This document shows, piece after piece, positions 1 through 10,631 of a DNA stretch of 20,000 nt. The stretch's first letter is position 1. Each line of letters starts with the position of its first letter. The stretch comes from Chiloscyllium plagiosum (taxonomy: Eukaryota), in assembly GCF_004010195.1 (NCBI RefSeq), contig NC_057754.1, forward strand, positions 1,437,573 through 1,457,572. Direction: 5' to 3'. The notes below the pieces were generated by a model. It made no database searches, was not told the DNA's origin, and saw nothing but the letters and a program-made list of their open reading frames with translations. The position numbers and the translations under genes were made by a program.

Positions 1-2501
1 CGGAGGGTCAGCGCTGAGGGAGCGGGCTCTGTCGGAGGGTCAGCGCTGAGGGAGCGGGCTCTGTCGGAGGGTCAGCGCTGAGGGAGCGGGCTCTGTCGGA
101 GGGTCAGCGCTGAGGGAGCGGGCTCTGTCGGAGGGTCAGCGCTGAGGGAGCGGGCTCTGTCGGAGGGTCAGCGCTGAGGGAGCGGGCTCTGTCGGAGGGT
201 CAGCGCTGAGGGAGCGGGCTCTGTCGGAGGGTCAGCGCTGAGGGAGCGGGCTCTGTCGGAGGGTCAGCGCTGAGGGAGCGGGCTCTGTCGGAGGGTCAGC
301 GCTGAGGGAGCGGGCTCTGTCGGAGGGTCAGCGCTGAGGGAGCGGGCTCTGTCGGAGGGTCAGCGCTGAGGGAGCGGGCTCTGTCGGAGGGTCAGCGCTG
401 AGGGAGCGGGCTCTGTCGGAGGGTCAGCGCTGAGGGAGCGGGCTCTGTCGGAGGGTCAGCGCTGAGGGAGCGGGCTCTGTCGGAGGGTCAGCGCTGAGGG
501 AGCGGGCTCTGTCGGAGGGTCAGCGCTGAGGGAGCGGGCTCTGTCGGAGGGTCAGCGCTGAGGGAGCGGGCTCTGTCGGAGGGTCAGCGCTGAGGGAGCG
601 GGCTCTGTCGGAGGGTCAGCGCTGAGGGAGCGGGCTCTGTCGGAGGGTCAGCGCTGAGGGAGCGGGCTCTGTCGGAGGGTCAGCGCTGAGGGAGCGGGCT
701 CTGTCGGAGGGTCAGCGCTGAGGGAGCGGGCTCTGTCGGAGGGTCAGCGCTGAGGGAGCGGGCTCTGTCGGAGGGTCAGCGCTGAGGGAGCGGGCTCTGT
801 CGGAGGGTCAGCGCTGAGGGAGCGGGCTCTGTCGGAGGGTCAGCGCTGAGGGAGCGGGCTCTGTCGGAGGGTCAGCGCTGAGGGAGCGGGCTCTGTCGGA
901 GGGTCAGCGCTGAGGGAGCGGGCTCTGTCGGAGGGTCAGCGCTGAGGGAGCGGGCTCTGTCGGAGGGTCAGCGCTGAGGGAGCGGGCTCTGTCGGAGGGT
1001 CAGCGCTGAGGGAGCGGGCTCTGTCGGAGGGTCAGCGCTGAGGGAGCGGGCTCTGTCGGAGGGTCAGCGCTGAGGGAGCGGGCTCTGTCGGAGGGTCAGC
1101 GCTGAGGGAGCGGGCTCTGTCGGAGGGTCAGCGCTGAGGGAGCGGGCTCTGTCGGAGGGTCAGCGCTGAGGGAGCGGGCTCTGTCGGAGGGTCAGCGCTG
1201 AGGGAGCGGGCTCTGTCGGAGGGTCAGCGCTGAGGGAGCGGGCTCTGTCGGAGGGTCAGCGCTGAGGGAGCGGGCTCTGTCGGAGGGTCAGCGCTGAGGG
1301 AGCGGGCTCTGTCGGAGGGTCAGCGCTGAGGGAGCGGGCTCTGTCGGAGGGTCAGCGCTGAGGGAGCGGGCTCTGTCGGAGGGTCAGCGCTGAGGGAGCG
1401 GGCTCTGTCGGAGGGTCAGCGCTGAGGGAGCGGGCTCTGTCGGAGGGTCAGCGCTGAGGGAGCGGGCTCTGTCGGAGGGTCAGCGCTGAGGGAGCGGGCT
1501 CTGTCGGAGGGTCAGCGCTGAGGGAGCGGGCTCTGTCGGAGGGTCAGCGCTGAGGGAGCGGGCTCTGTCGGAGGGTCAGCGCTGAGGGAGCGGGCTCTGT
1601 CGGAGGGTCAGCGCTGAGGGAGCGGGCTCTGTCGGAGGGTCAGCGCTGAGGGAGCGGGCTCTGTCGGAGGGTCAGCGCTGAGGGAGCGGGCTCTGTCGGA
1701 GGGTCAGCGCTGAGGGAGCGGGCTCTGTCGGAGGGTCAGCGCTGAGGGAGCGGGCTCTGTCGGAGGGTCAGCGCTGAGGGAGCGGGCTCTGTCGGAGGGT
1801 CAGCGCTGAGGGAGCGGGCTCTGTCGGAGGGTCAGCGCTGAGGGAGCGGGCTCTGTCGGAGGGTCAGCGCTGAGGGAGCGGGCTCTGTCGGAGGGTCAGC
1901 GCTGAGGGAGCGGGCTCTGTCGGAGGGTCAGCGCTGAGGGAGCGGGCTCTGTCGGAGGGTCAGCGCTGAGGGAGCGGGCTCTGTCGGAGGGTCAGCGCTG
2001 AGGGAGCGGGCTCTGTCGGAGGGTCAGCGCTGAGGGAGCGGGCTCTGTCGGAGGGTCAGCGCTGAGGGAGCGGGCTCTGTCGGAGGGTCAGCGCTGAGGG
2101 AGCGGGCTCTGTCGGAGGGTCAGCGCTGAGGGAGCGGGCTCTGTCGGAGGGTCAGCGCTGAGGGAGCGGGCTCTGTCGGAGGGTCAGCGCTGAGGGAGCG
2201 GGCGCTGTCGGAGGGTCAGCGCTGAGGGAGCGGGCTCTGTCGGAGGGTCAGCGCTGAGGGAGCGGGCTCTGTCGGAGGGTCAGCGCTGAGGGAGCGGGCT
2301 CTGTCGGAGGGTCAGCGCTGAGGGAGCGGGCTCTGTCGGAGGGTCAGCGCTGAGGGAGCGGGCTCTGTCGGAGGGTCAGCGCTGAGGGAGCGGGCACTGT
2401 CGGAGGGTCAGCGCTGAGGGAGCGGGCACTGTCGGAGGGTCAGCGCTGAGGGAGCGGGCACTGTCGGAGGGTCAGCGCTGAGGGAGCGGGCACTGTCGGA
2501 G
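1..2501 (+). repeat. 32-bp minisatellite (CGGAGGGTCAGCGCTGAGGGAGCGGGCTCTGT), about 78 copies, open at the window start
   Basis: Near-perfect 32-bp periodicity. One GGGCGCTGT variant near 2203 and GGGCACTGT variants in the last four units. TGA stops on both strands, so non-coding. Confidence 0.99.
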
Positions 2502-3184
2502 TTGCCATTATTTCAGATGAGACATTAAATGGAGAACCTATCTTTTCTTTTTATTCGTTCCTGGGATAAGGGTGTCACTGGCTGGGCCCAGCACATATTA
2601 CCCATCCTTTATTACCCAGAGGGCAATTCATAGTCAACCACATTGCTGTGGGTCTGGAGACATGAGTAGGCCGAGACCAGGTAAGTATGGCAGTTTCCAT
2701 TAGTCACCCAGATGGGCCTTTCCAACAGTTGGCAATGGATTCATGGCCACCATTAGACTCCGAATTCCAGATAGTTACTGAATTCAAATTGCACCATCTG
2801 CCATGGTGGGTTTCGAACCCGGGTCCCCAGAACATTACCCCAGTCCAGTGATAATACCACTAGGCCATCACATCCCCTTGTTAGCAGGGGGGGTGGGGGG
2901 AACATCCCACATTCACTGCTGCAAGAAGGTAGGGAGGGGGTCTGATGTTCTCCCCGGGGTCCCGAGGCTGATGTTGATCCCTCGACCAACGTTGCTAAAC
3001 ACAGACGATCCAGGTCAGTCCCACATTGCTGTGCGCGTGGGATCTTGCTGTGCAGCAACCGACTGCTGCAGTCTCTACCTTCCCAAATGAGCCCGCCGGT
3101 CAAAAAATAAAGTCCTTTACTGGCTGTTTCACACTTGGAGAGGGCCCGGCCTCCTGAAAGGCGCTCTTCAAATGCAGAGCTTTT
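2470..3184 (+). mobile_element. DeuSINE (SacSINE1/AmnSINE1-like) central and 3' region, interrupted by another SINE at about 2545-2871
   Basis: GCACTGTCGGAGTTGCCATTATTTCAGATGAGACATTAAA (about 2490-2530). Then TTCTCCCCGGGGTCC..ATCCCTCGACCAAC..CACATTGCTGTGCGCGTGGGATCTTGCTGTGC..GAAAGGCGCTCTTCAAATGCA (about 2945-3175). These match the recalled Deu-domain and tail motifs in colinear order. Confidence 0.7.
2545..2871 (-). mobile_element. tRNA-derived SINE (family 2, not HE1), near full length
   Basis: Minus-strand head with A-box TGGCCTAGTGG and B-box GGTTCGAAACC. Body CTCCAGACCCACAGCAATGTGGTTGACT. A-rich tail GAACGAATAAAAAGAAAA. Related copies at 17577-17723 and 18375-18877. Confidence 0.8.
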
Positions 3185-3614
3185 ACGGAGCAGCTCTTTG
3201 GCTAGTGATGGGGCCGGGAGGGGAGGGTTGCTGGATAAGGACAAAAATAAAACCCAGTGATGGGGAGAGGTGAGAGGCTCTCTCCTGATAACCACCAACC
3301 TCCCTCCTTCATCCTGACCCAGACTGGAGTTTATCCCAGGTCTCTGCTGGGGCCACAGAGAGACACACTCAGTATCTCTGGCTGTCCAGCCAGAGGCAGC
3401 TTGGGGAAGGAGGATACTGATAAGGTGGGGGTGGTGGTGGGGAAATGACAGCCACTGCCTGATAACAGGCATCTGCCGAGGAAAAGGGAAGGGGGAGGTC
3501 TCCCTCCAGGCTAACCACAGCTCTCCGATAGCCCAGCACTCAGAACCCACAATGACCTGTACTTCCAGCACCAGCAGCTCATAACACTGATAGTTACACA
3601 GCAAACAGGCCACT

Positions 3615-4508
3615 CCTTCCTCTGTCACCCGCTACCCCCTCCAGCCCCTACAACCCCTCCCTATCTCTGTATCCCCTCCAGCCCCTACACCCCCTCCCTA
3701 TCTCTGTANNNNNNNNNNNNNNNNNNNNNNNNNNNNNNNNNNNNNNNNNNNNNNNNNNNNNNNNNNNNNNNNNNNNNNNNNNNNNNNNNNNNNNNNNNNN
3801 NNNNNNNNNNNNNNNNNNNNNNNNNNNNNNNNNNNNNNNNNNNNNNNNNNNNNNNNNNNNNNNNNNNNNNNNNNNNNNNNNNNNNNNNNNNNNNNNNNNN
3901 NNNNNNNNNNNNNNNNNNNNNNNNNNNNNNNNNNNNNNNNNNNNNNNNNNNNNNNNNNNNNNNNNNNNNNNNNNNNNNNNNNNNNNNNNNNNNNNNNNNN
4001 NNNNNNNNNNNNNNNNNNNNNNNNNNNNNNNNNNNNNNNNNNNNNNNNNNNNNNNNNNNNNNNNNNNNNNNNNNNNNNNNNNNNNNNNNNNNNNNNNNNN
4101 NNNNNNNNNNNNNNNNNNNNNNNNNNNNNNNNNNNNNNNNNNNNNNNNNNNNNNNNNNNNNNNNNNNNNNNNNNNNNNNNNNNNNNNNNNNNNNNNNNNN
4201 NNNNNNNNNNNNNNNNNNNNNNNNNNNNNNNNNNNNNNNNNNNNNNNNNNNNNNNNNNNNNNNNNNNNNNNNNNNNNNNNNNNNNNNNNNNNNNNNNNNN
4301 NNNNNNNNNNNNNNNNNNNNNNNNNNNNNNNNNNNNNNNNNNNNNNNNNNNNNNNNNNNNNNNNNNNNNNNNNNNNNNNNNNNNNNNNNNNNNNNNNNNN
4401 NNNNNNNNNNNNNNNNNNNNNNNNNNNNNNNNNNNNNNNNNNNNNNNNNNNNNNNNNNNTCACTGTAACCCCCTCCAGCCCCTACCCCCTCCCTATCTCA
4501 GTCACCCT
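3615..4508 (+). repeat. About 37-39-bp minisatellite (CCCCTCCAGCCCCTACACCCCCTCCCTATCTCTGTA) spanning the N gap 3709-4459
   Basis: Units are visible on both sides of the gap. The reverse complement of the unit recurs at 19928-20000. Confidence 0.85.
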
Positions 4509-4509
4509 T

Positions 4510-4950
4510 CCATTCTGTTCCCTAATCCTTCACCATCATGGCTGACCATTCAACTCAACAGCCTCATCCTGCTTTCTTCTCACAACCTTCGATCCCATTC
4601 TCCCCAAGTGCTATATCGAGCAATCTCTTGGACACATTCAATGATTTGTCCTCAACTCCTTCCTGTGGTAAAGAATTCCACAGGCCCACCACTCTCTGGG
4701 TGAAGACATGTCTCCTCATCTGCGTCCTAAACGGATCACCCTGAATCCTCAGACTGTGACCCTTGGTTCTGGATGCACCCACCATCGGGAACACCCTGCC
4801 TGCCTCTACCCTGTCTCGTCCTGTTCGGATTTTATTAGTCTCCATGAGATCACCCCTCACTCCTCTGGGCCATCCTAACCTAGCCAAACTCTCTGTATAC
4901 GTCAGTCCCACCATCCCTGGAACCAGCCTGGGAAACCCTCACTGCACCCC
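4510..4950 (-). mobile_element. Degenerate CR1-clade LINE 3' fragment (ORF2 C-terminus plus 3' UTR)
   Basis: Translation RGDLMETNKI..SRTKGHSLRI..FTQRVVGLWNSLPQEGVE is the typical CR1 ORF2 C-terminal motif. Confidence 0.9.
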
Positions 4951-5477
4951 TAAAAAGCGAGACCATCCTTCCCCAGGATAGGGGGAGCTGGAGGAGCTGA
5001 TATGAAGGAGGATTTGAAGCCTAGGCCAGATCATCTATGACCTGAGGGCCAGCTGAGGGCTTGCCCTTTTCCTTAGCTATTGGGAATTGGGAGGGGCAGA
5101 GGGGTCAGGAGGGGGATAACAAGGCAGCACCAGATTGGGATGGGGGCAATGTTGCCCCACGTCCGGATTGGGCGGGGCAGGGTCCCGACACCAGTCACCA
5201 CAACTGGGAAATCCGGAAGCTACAAAATGCACAAAGTCATCAGATCTCAGCTCCCGGGGACTTACGCTGTCGAACTCTCACAGGAACCCAAAGCATCAGC
5301 CCTCACCACTTCCTCAATCCACTCTCGGAGTCACATCGACTGCCCCAGCTCAGCAGGGAGGCCGCTCAGCTCCTCGCAAACACACTGGTTCCCCAGAACG
5401 AGCAAGAGCACCCAATCCCTCTTCTCTGGCTTCTCTCTTTATCCCTGCACCTTCCTCCCTCGTAGACAGTGTCATAT

Positions 5478-5852
5478 TGGGGACTCTGGGTCTGTACTCG
5501 GTGGAGTTTAGCAGGATGGGGGGGGGGGAGGAAATCAGACTGAAACGTACAGAATACCGAGTGGCCTGGATGGAGTGGAGAAGCTGTTTCCACCGGGGTA
5601 GAACCAGGACCTCAGGGTGAAGGGACGGGGATGAGGAGGAATCGCTCCAGCCAGAGGGTGGGGGATCTGTGGAGCTCGTCCCTGCAGAGGGCTGTGGAGG
5701 CCAAGTCATTGCACGTACTTGAGACAGAGATGGATAGGGCCTTGACTGGTGAGGGGGTCAAGGGTTACAGGGAAGAGGCGGGAGAACGGGGTTGAGAGAC
5801 ACATCAGCCGCGATCGATGAGCTGAATGGTCCAACTCCGATCCTCTCCCACA
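5478..5852 (+). mobile_element. Old, frameshifted CR1-clade LINE 3' fragment
   Basis: LGLYSVEFSRM and ACCAGGACCTCAGGGTGAAGGG..GGCTGTGGAGGCCAAGTCATTG..GCTGAATGGTCCAACTCC motifs. Confidence 0.7.
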
Positions 5853-6087
5853 GGCAGTACACTCCCGAAACCTCGGGCCCCCTCCCGCGTCCATTTTCTC
5901 CATCCTAAGTCCGTGCTCCCCTCCCCCCGGGTTCTTCCTGCTTCGGCGACTGGGAGCAGTCTCCTCCCTGTCAACTCTGTCCCAGACCCTCTCCCCATCC
6001 ACCCACTCGCGAGGAGGATGGACCCACCCCCCACGGGTCCCCCAGGACTTCCTCACTATCGGTCCTGCCGACCCTTTCGAAGGCGGA

Positions 6088-6850
6088 TAGAATCCTCAAG
6101 ATGTGCAGCACGGAAACAGACCCTTCGGCCCAACCCGTCTGTGCTGACTAGATATCCCAACCTAATCCAGTCCCGTTTGCCAGCACTTAGAGTACTAACA
6201 GTGTGGAAACAGGCCCTTCGGCCCAACAAGTCCACACCGACCCTCCGAAGAGCAACCCACCCAGATCCATTCCCCTACATTTACCCCTTCACCCAACACT
6301 GCAGGCAATTTAGCATGGCCAATCCACCCTAACCTGCACATTTTTTTGGACTGTGGGAGGAAACTGGAGCACCCAGAGGAAACTCACGCAGACACGGGGA
6401 GAATGTGCAAACTCCACGCAGACATTTGCCCGAAGCGGGAATTGAACCCGGGCCCCTGGCGCTGAGGCATCAGTGCTAACCACTGTGCCACCCACTTGAT
6501 CCCATATCCCTCCAAACCCTTCCTATTCATATACCCATCCAGATGGCTTTTAAATGTTGTGATTGCACCAGCCTCCACCACTTCCTCTGGCAGCTCATTC
6601 CATACACGTACCACCCTCTGCATGAAAAAGTTGCCCCTTAGGTCTCTTTTATATCTTTCCCCTTTAAATCTTTCCCCTCTCATCCTAAACCTATGCCCTC
6701 TAGCTCTGGACTCCTCTTATCCCATTTATTTATCCTATCCATGCCCCTCATGATTTTATAAACCTCTTGTAAGATCACCCCTCAGCCTCTGACACTCCAG
6801 GGAAAACAGCCCCAGCCTATTCAGCCCCTCCCTATGGCTCAAATCCTCCG
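6088..6850 (-). mobile_element. HER1-like (CR1) LINE 3' fragment split by a nested HE1 SINE
   Basis: FFMQRVVRVWNELPEEVVEAGAITTFKSHLDGYMNRKGLEGYG. The 3' UTR continues on the other side of the SINE. Confidence 0.92.
6189..6492 (-). mobile_element. HE1-type V-SINE nested in a LINE
   Basis: tRNA head GTGGCACAGTGGTTAGCAC..GGTTCAATTCC, V-domain GTGGAGTTTGCACATTCTCCCCGTGTCTGCGTG, HER1-like tail. CACTT is duplicated at 6184-6188 and 6493-6497. Confidence 0.93.
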
Positions 6851-7579
6851 TGTGTGTGAAGCGGGTGAAAAATTGGACTTAGGACACAAAGTCGGTTGTG
6901 GGAGGGGGGGGGGGGGGGAGAGGAGGCGGCAGCATGGGGGAAGGAATACCAGAGTTGTAACCCGCATTGACACGTTTCCCAACTCTCCCTACCCCCTCCC
7001 CTTTCTCTCCCGGCCAAAGCTACAAACTGGCTGTAGGCCAGAGGTGGTGTCTCCTGGTCTGGAGATCTGCGACCCCAGTGCTTCCCCTGCCTCTTTTCAC
7101 TTTGGCTTCCGCCCACTCCCTCGCCACAGCCAGCCCTTTCCCTGCTGCACAGGCCCTCAGTCAGGGTTGCCCTCCCCCCCCACCCCACAACCTCCACCTC
7201 CACCACGTGACTCCCCAGGCTAGGCTGCCATTCCCCTTCTGCTCTGCGTTCCGCTGACAGCTCGGAACCACATCCTTCCGCTCAGGCACACAAGTTAAAA
7301 ACACAGTGAGCGGAGCAGAGCAACACGCGGAGGGTGGGGCTACACAGGGGCCACCAACTCAGGCTGCGGCCTAGTCCAAAAATAGACCCTCTGTGCGATT
7401 ATCCGCATCAGAGGGGCCGACATGTGACTCCAGACCCACCGTGAGGTGGGGCCAGGGGCGGGAATATTGTGGGATCAGGGAGAGGAATTAATACTAGGCC
7501 CGGCCAAACCAAACCTTTAAAGAGTGGTCATCTTCTAGGCTCTCCGTTCTTAGTAAAAACATGAAAGGGAGGATTCTCT

Positions 7580-7857
7580 CATTCATCATACAAACCTTAC
7601 TGTGTGGAAGCGGGCCATTCAGCCCATTGAGCCCACATTGACCCCCCCAAGAAGCAGCCCACCCTATCCCTCTATTTCCCATGGCCAATCCACCCTAAAC
7701 TGCACATCTTTGGTCTGTGGGAGGGAACCAGAGCACCTGGAGGAAACCCACACAGATACAGGGAGAATGTGCAAACTCCACACAGAGAGTCGCCTGAGGG
7801 TGGGATCAAACCCGGGTCCCCAACGCTACAAGGCAACAGTGCTAACTACTGAGCCAT
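7580..7857 (-). mobile_element. Older HE1-type V-SINE
   Basis: Diverged head, V-domain and LINE-derived tail in the same order as the other copies. Confidence 0.88.
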
Positions 7858-7864
7858 AGTGTTG

Positions 7865-8029
7865 GAGAGAGACAAGTGGTGTAGGTTTAACCAGAGGGTC
7901 ACCACATTTCAGGTGAGGGTGGGAGGACAGCCCTTCATGGTAACCTGAACCAGTGCAGGAATCGAACCTACACTATCAACATCGCTGCATCACCCCCAAC
8001 CAACCGTCCAGCCAACTGAGCTAACTGAC
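7865..8029 (-). mobile_element. Short tRNA-derived SINE (family 3)
   Basis: Minus-strand head GTCAGTTAGCTCAGTTGG (A-box) and GGTTCGATTCC (B-box), followed by a body unrelated to HE1. Confidence 0.7.
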
Positions 8030-8868
8030 TGTACAGGACATTGGTTAGGCTGCTTTTGTAATACTGCATTCAGTTCTGGTCTCCCTGCTATAAGAAGGAT
8101 GTTGTGGAACTTGAAAGGGTTCAGAAAAGATTTACAAGGATGTTGCCAGGGTTGGAGGGTTTGAGCTACAGGGAGAGGCTGAACAGGCTGGGGCTGTTTT
8201 CCCTGGAGCGTCAGAGACTGAGGGGTGACCTTATAGAGGTTTATAAAATCATGAGGGGCATGGATAGGGTAAATAGACAAAGTCTTTTCCCTGGGGTCGG
8301 GGAGTACAGAACTAGAGACCTGGGTTCAATTCCCTCCTCAGACGACTGACTGTGTGGAGTTTGCACATTCTCCCCGTGTCTGCGTGGGTTTCCTCCGGGT
8401 GCTCCGGTTTCCTCCCACAATCCAAAGATGTGCAGGTCAGGTGAATTGGCCATGCTAAATTGCCTGTAGTGTTAGGTAACGGGTAAATGTAGGGGTATGG
8501 GTGGGTTGCGCTTCGGCGGGTCGGTGTGGACTTGTTGGGCCGAAGGGCCTGTTTCCACACTGTAATGTAATCTAATCTAGAGGGCGCAGGTTTAGGGTGA
8601 GAGGGGAAAAATATAAAAAGAGACCCAAGGGGGCAACATTTTCACGCAGAGGGTGGTACGGATATGGAATGAGCTGCCAGAGGAAGTGGTGGAGGCTGGT
8701 ACAATGACAACATTTAAGAGGCATTTGGATGGGTATATGAATAGGAAGGGTTTGGAGGGATATGGGCCGGGTGCTGGCAAATGGGATTGGATTAGGTTGG
8801 GAATATCTGGTCGGCATGGATGGGTTGGGCTGAAGGGCCTGTTTCCGTACTGTACGTCTCGATGATTC
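8030..8868 (+). mobile_element. HER1-like (CR1) LINE 3' fragment split by a nested SINE
   Basis: ELERVQKRFTRMLPGLEGLSYRERLNRLGLFSLERQRLRGDLIEVYKIMRG, resuming as WNELPEEVVEAG. Confidence 0.95.
8318..8576 (+). mobile_element. 5'-truncated HE1 V-SINE with target-site duplication
   Basis: Starts just before the B-box. (TAATC)n tail. CTAGAG is duplicated at 8312-8317 and 8577-8582. Confidence 0.93.
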
Positions 8869-9479
8869 TGGAACCCCATTCTTTGGGAGTGTCCACTGCA
8901 CGATGGAGTTTGTTTTCCAAGTTAGCTGTAACTAACCAGGGGGTTATGAAGATTTCATTCTGTCTAATTATTGGTTACTGTGCAATAATGGCCAGTTGCA
9001 TTTCTGAGGGAGATTAACCCTGGAGGCCATATAGCACCCATACTCCTTCAATTAACCCCAGACCTAACACTGGGGGAAAGTACCCCTTCAGTTAAACCAA
9101 GGAAGGTTGAGTCTGATTGCTCCAGGCATTTTCTGAGGAACGTGTCAGAGTTTGATCTGTTTTTTTGACAAGTCCAAACAGATGTGATGTGCTTAAACGC
9201 TGTGTTTGCGAAAAGTCGGGAACCACGCATCAATATAAATAGCTTCCTGAATTTGCAACTGCGCCACTCTGCAAGACTGACTGACAGTCTTATAATAGGC
9301 CATCAGTGAAACGCTGGTTTAAATTTAAACAATGCTTGTTGGTTAGCTGTCAGTCATCATTTAAGTGGTGCATCCCTCCCCCCCACCCCCCCCCCCCCCC
9401 AGGGCCAGTCAGATCCCACTTCCCAGCCTTCAGCACTCTCCTCCCGCACAGTCTAACTTTTGCACACTCCCCTGCCCCC

Positions 9480-10020
9480 AGCAGCACAGAAACAGACCCT
9501 TCGGCCCAACCAGTCTGTGCTGACCCTAACCCCAAACTAAACTAGCCCCAGCTGCCCCATATCCCTCCAATCCCTTTCCTATCCAGGTCCTTATCCAAAT
9601 GTCTTTTAAATGTTGGAACTGTCCCCACACTCACCACTCCCTCAGCAGGTCTGTTCCACAAAGATGTCCAGCAGGGAAACAGACCCTTCAGCCCAACTCA
9701 CCCATGCCAACCAGATATCCTAACTTAAGCTAGTCCCATTTGTCAGCACTTGGTTCATATCCCACTAAACCCTTCCTATTCACATACCCATCCAGATGCC
9801 TTTTAAATGCTGTATCAGCCTCCACCACTTCCTCTGGCAGCTTGTTCCATACACGCACCACCCTCTGCGTGAAAAAGTTGCCCCTCAGGTCCCCTCTCAC
9901 CTTTAACCTATGCCCTCTAGTTTTGGACTCCCCACCCCAGGGGTAAAGCTATTTTCCCTATCCACCCCCACTACGAACCTTCATAAGGTCGCCCCTCAGC
10001 CCCAGCCTCTCTCTTATAGC
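9480..10020 (-). mobile_element. Two tandem HER1/CR1 LINE 3'-end fragments (about 9480-9660 and 9660-10020)
   Basis: GAAACAGACCCTTC terminal motif occurs twice, plus CCACCACTTCCTCTGGCAGC and AACCTATGCCCTCTAG consensus blocks. Confidence 0.88.
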
Positions 10021-10212
10021 TTTTTGCAAATTGCGCTGCAAGTCAAAAAAAAAATCCTCTGACAGAACATGTCTTTTATCCACTTGCCGTGCGCGGCCAA
10101 ATAACTATTTACCCCGAGAAACATAATACATTCTGTGGCATTGCATTCATACACAGAGGTCTTCTACCAAGCCTGGTCTTTCAGACCACTGACTGCAACT
10201 GTGGTTGACTTT

Positions 10213-10539
10213 TTTTTTAGATTAGATTAGATTAGATTACTTACGGTGTGGAAACAGGCCCTTTGGCCCAACAAGTCCACACCGACCCGCTGAAGCGCAA
10301 ACCACCCATTCCCCTACATTTACCCCTTTACCTAACACTACGGGCAATTTAGCATGGCCAATTCACTGACCCTGCACATCTTTGGACTGTGGGAGGAAAC
10401 CGGAGCACCCGGAGGAAACCCACGCAGACACGGGGAGAACGTGCAAACTCCACACAGTCAGTCGCCTGAGTCGGGAATTGAACCCGGGTCTCTGGCGCTG
10501 TGAGGCAGCAGTGCTAACCACTGTGCCACCGTGCCGCCC
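10213..10539 (-). mobile_element. Full-length, young-looking HE1 V-SINE
   Basis: Intact head GGGCGGCACGGTGGCACAGTGGTTAGCACTGCTGCCTCACAGCGCCAGAGACCCGGGTTCAATTCC, V-domain and (TAATC)n tail. Highly similar to the copies at 14251 and 18486. Confidence 0.96.
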
Positions 10540-10631
10540 ACTTTGGACAGGTGACTGGGTTTGAGTTGACAATCCCAGGCCCTTGTACCCCGGTCTCACT
10601 GACGCTGACCGTCAGATTCGTTGGCGCTTAC

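Noticed and set aside
1..2501. CRISPR-like array or repetitive protein gene
   Set aside because: Units are contiguous with no spacers, the context is eukaryotic, and stop codons recur in every frame on both strands.
2753..3628. 291-aa minus-strand ORF
   Set aside because: Non-ATG start, no recognisable domain, and it overlaps two SINE remnants; probably a chance ORF.
3648..4463. Long ORFs through N runs (also 13347-13987)
   Set aside because: Artefacts of assembly gaps.
8104..8865. Active reverse transcriptase gene
   Set aside because: Only a 5'-truncated ORF2 C-terminus, interrupted by a SINE; all LINE pieces in the window are similar fragments.
9300..9365. Minus-strand C/D-box snoRNA (ATGATGA..CTGA)
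   Set aside because: Short, no convincing terminal stem, and no guide complementarity I could recognise; snoscan or Infernal would settle it.
10465..10539. tRNA gene (also at the other SINE heads)
   Set aside because: A/B boxes are followed directly by the V-domain and LINE tail, so these are SINE heads.
10612..10631. ORF-track C-terminus GKRQRI-stop implying a 61-aa protein
   Set aside because: Read-through of the GTAAGC donor into the intron.
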